DNA of 64,000 nucleotides from Chlamydiae bacterium RIFCSPLOWO2_12_FULL_45_20 (GTDB lineage Bacteria; Chlamydiota; Chlamydiia; Chlamydiales; SM23-39): NCBI GenBank assembly GCA_001796285.1, contig MGMD01000001.1, positions 10,143 to 74,142 of the forward strand, read 5' to 3'. Shown piece by piece: positions 63,739 to 64,000 of this stretch (position 1 is its first letter; each line of letters starts with the position of its first letter). The notes under the pieces were generated by a model. It saw only the letters and a program-made list of their open reading frames with translations, ran no database searches and was not told where the DNA came from. The position numbers and the translations under genes were made by a program.

Positions 63739-64000
63739 TTATGCCGCAAGCCCTTGTTTTGCCTTGACTGCAAGGACCGTAAACGCTGCAGGATCCTGAA
63801 TCGCTAGTTCTGCAAGCATTTTACGATTGATCTCACATTTGACTCTTTTCAGCCCGTCTATTAGCCTGCTATAGGAAAGACCATTAATCTTCGCTCCCAC
63901 ACCAATTCTCGTGATCCAAAGCGAACGAAAGTCCCTTTTACGAAGTTTTCGATGCTTATAATTATTCGCAAGTGCCGTCATCAAAGCATCTTTACTCAAG
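63739..64000 (-). CDS. rplT: 50S ribosomal protein L20, C-terminal part (gene runs off the window end)
   Basis: KHRKLRKRDFRSLWITRIGVGAKINGLSYSRLIDGLKRVKCEINRKMLAELAI matches L20. Usual rplT-pheS order. Confidence 0.9.
   Translation of the reverse strand, partial: LSKDALMTALANNYKHRKLRKRDFRSLWITRIGVGAKINGLSYSRLIDGLKRVKCEINRKMLAELAIQDPAAFTVLAVKAKQGLAA

Overview
Densely coding bacterial chromosomal window: about 70 protein genes, one tRNA-Ser(UGA), no rRNA, no CRISPR. Gene content suggests an environmental member of the phylum Chlamydiae. This is an inference from a stand-alone SWIB-domain protein, an LcrH/Scc-type class II chaperone followed by CopB/CopD-like translocators, MlaEFD, an Inc-like bilobed membrane protein and an rpmE2-prfA-prmC operon; I cannot name the species. 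All family calls come from motifs I recognise by eye, not from database searches. Housekeeping genes: ffh (partial), rpmE2-prfA-prmC, truA, galE, glk, manA, a cyclophilin, PiT and SulP transporters, an OppA-like lipoprotein, pheS and rplT (partial). The main accessory content is glycan-related. (i) At 21.0-32.6 kb lies a 12-gene island with GT10 and GT11 fucosyltransferases, GT25, a GT92-like enzyme, five SAM methyltransferases (three FkbM-type), a second GalE-like epimerase and two anchored beta-propeller paralogs. Every one has an N-terminal signal/anchor-like segment and many are joined by ATGA start/stop overlaps. (ii) At 47.2-52.3 kb is an operon of two anchored kinase-fold paralogs, YihY, ManA and a GT90/CAP10 enzyme; a second GT90 sits behind prmC. 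(iii) At 10.4-15.5 kb two sulfatase-superfamily membrane transferases flank a leader-bearing thioredoxin reductase-thioredoxin fusion. Non-coding structure includes a 163-bp MITE-like element with perfect 58-bp inverted arms at the truA/HAD junction (solo arm copy at 15.5 kb) and a 19-20-nt motif upstream of three glycan transcription units. There is also a 15-bp in-frame tandem repeat, a G10 tract inside a 711-aa orphan gene and a (TG)7 tract. A decayed tRNA-Ser-linked island (58.7-62.6 kb) carries 67-69-bp direct repeats around a RhuM gene, tandemly duplicated small genes, a tRNA remnant and an IS630-like transposase relic.
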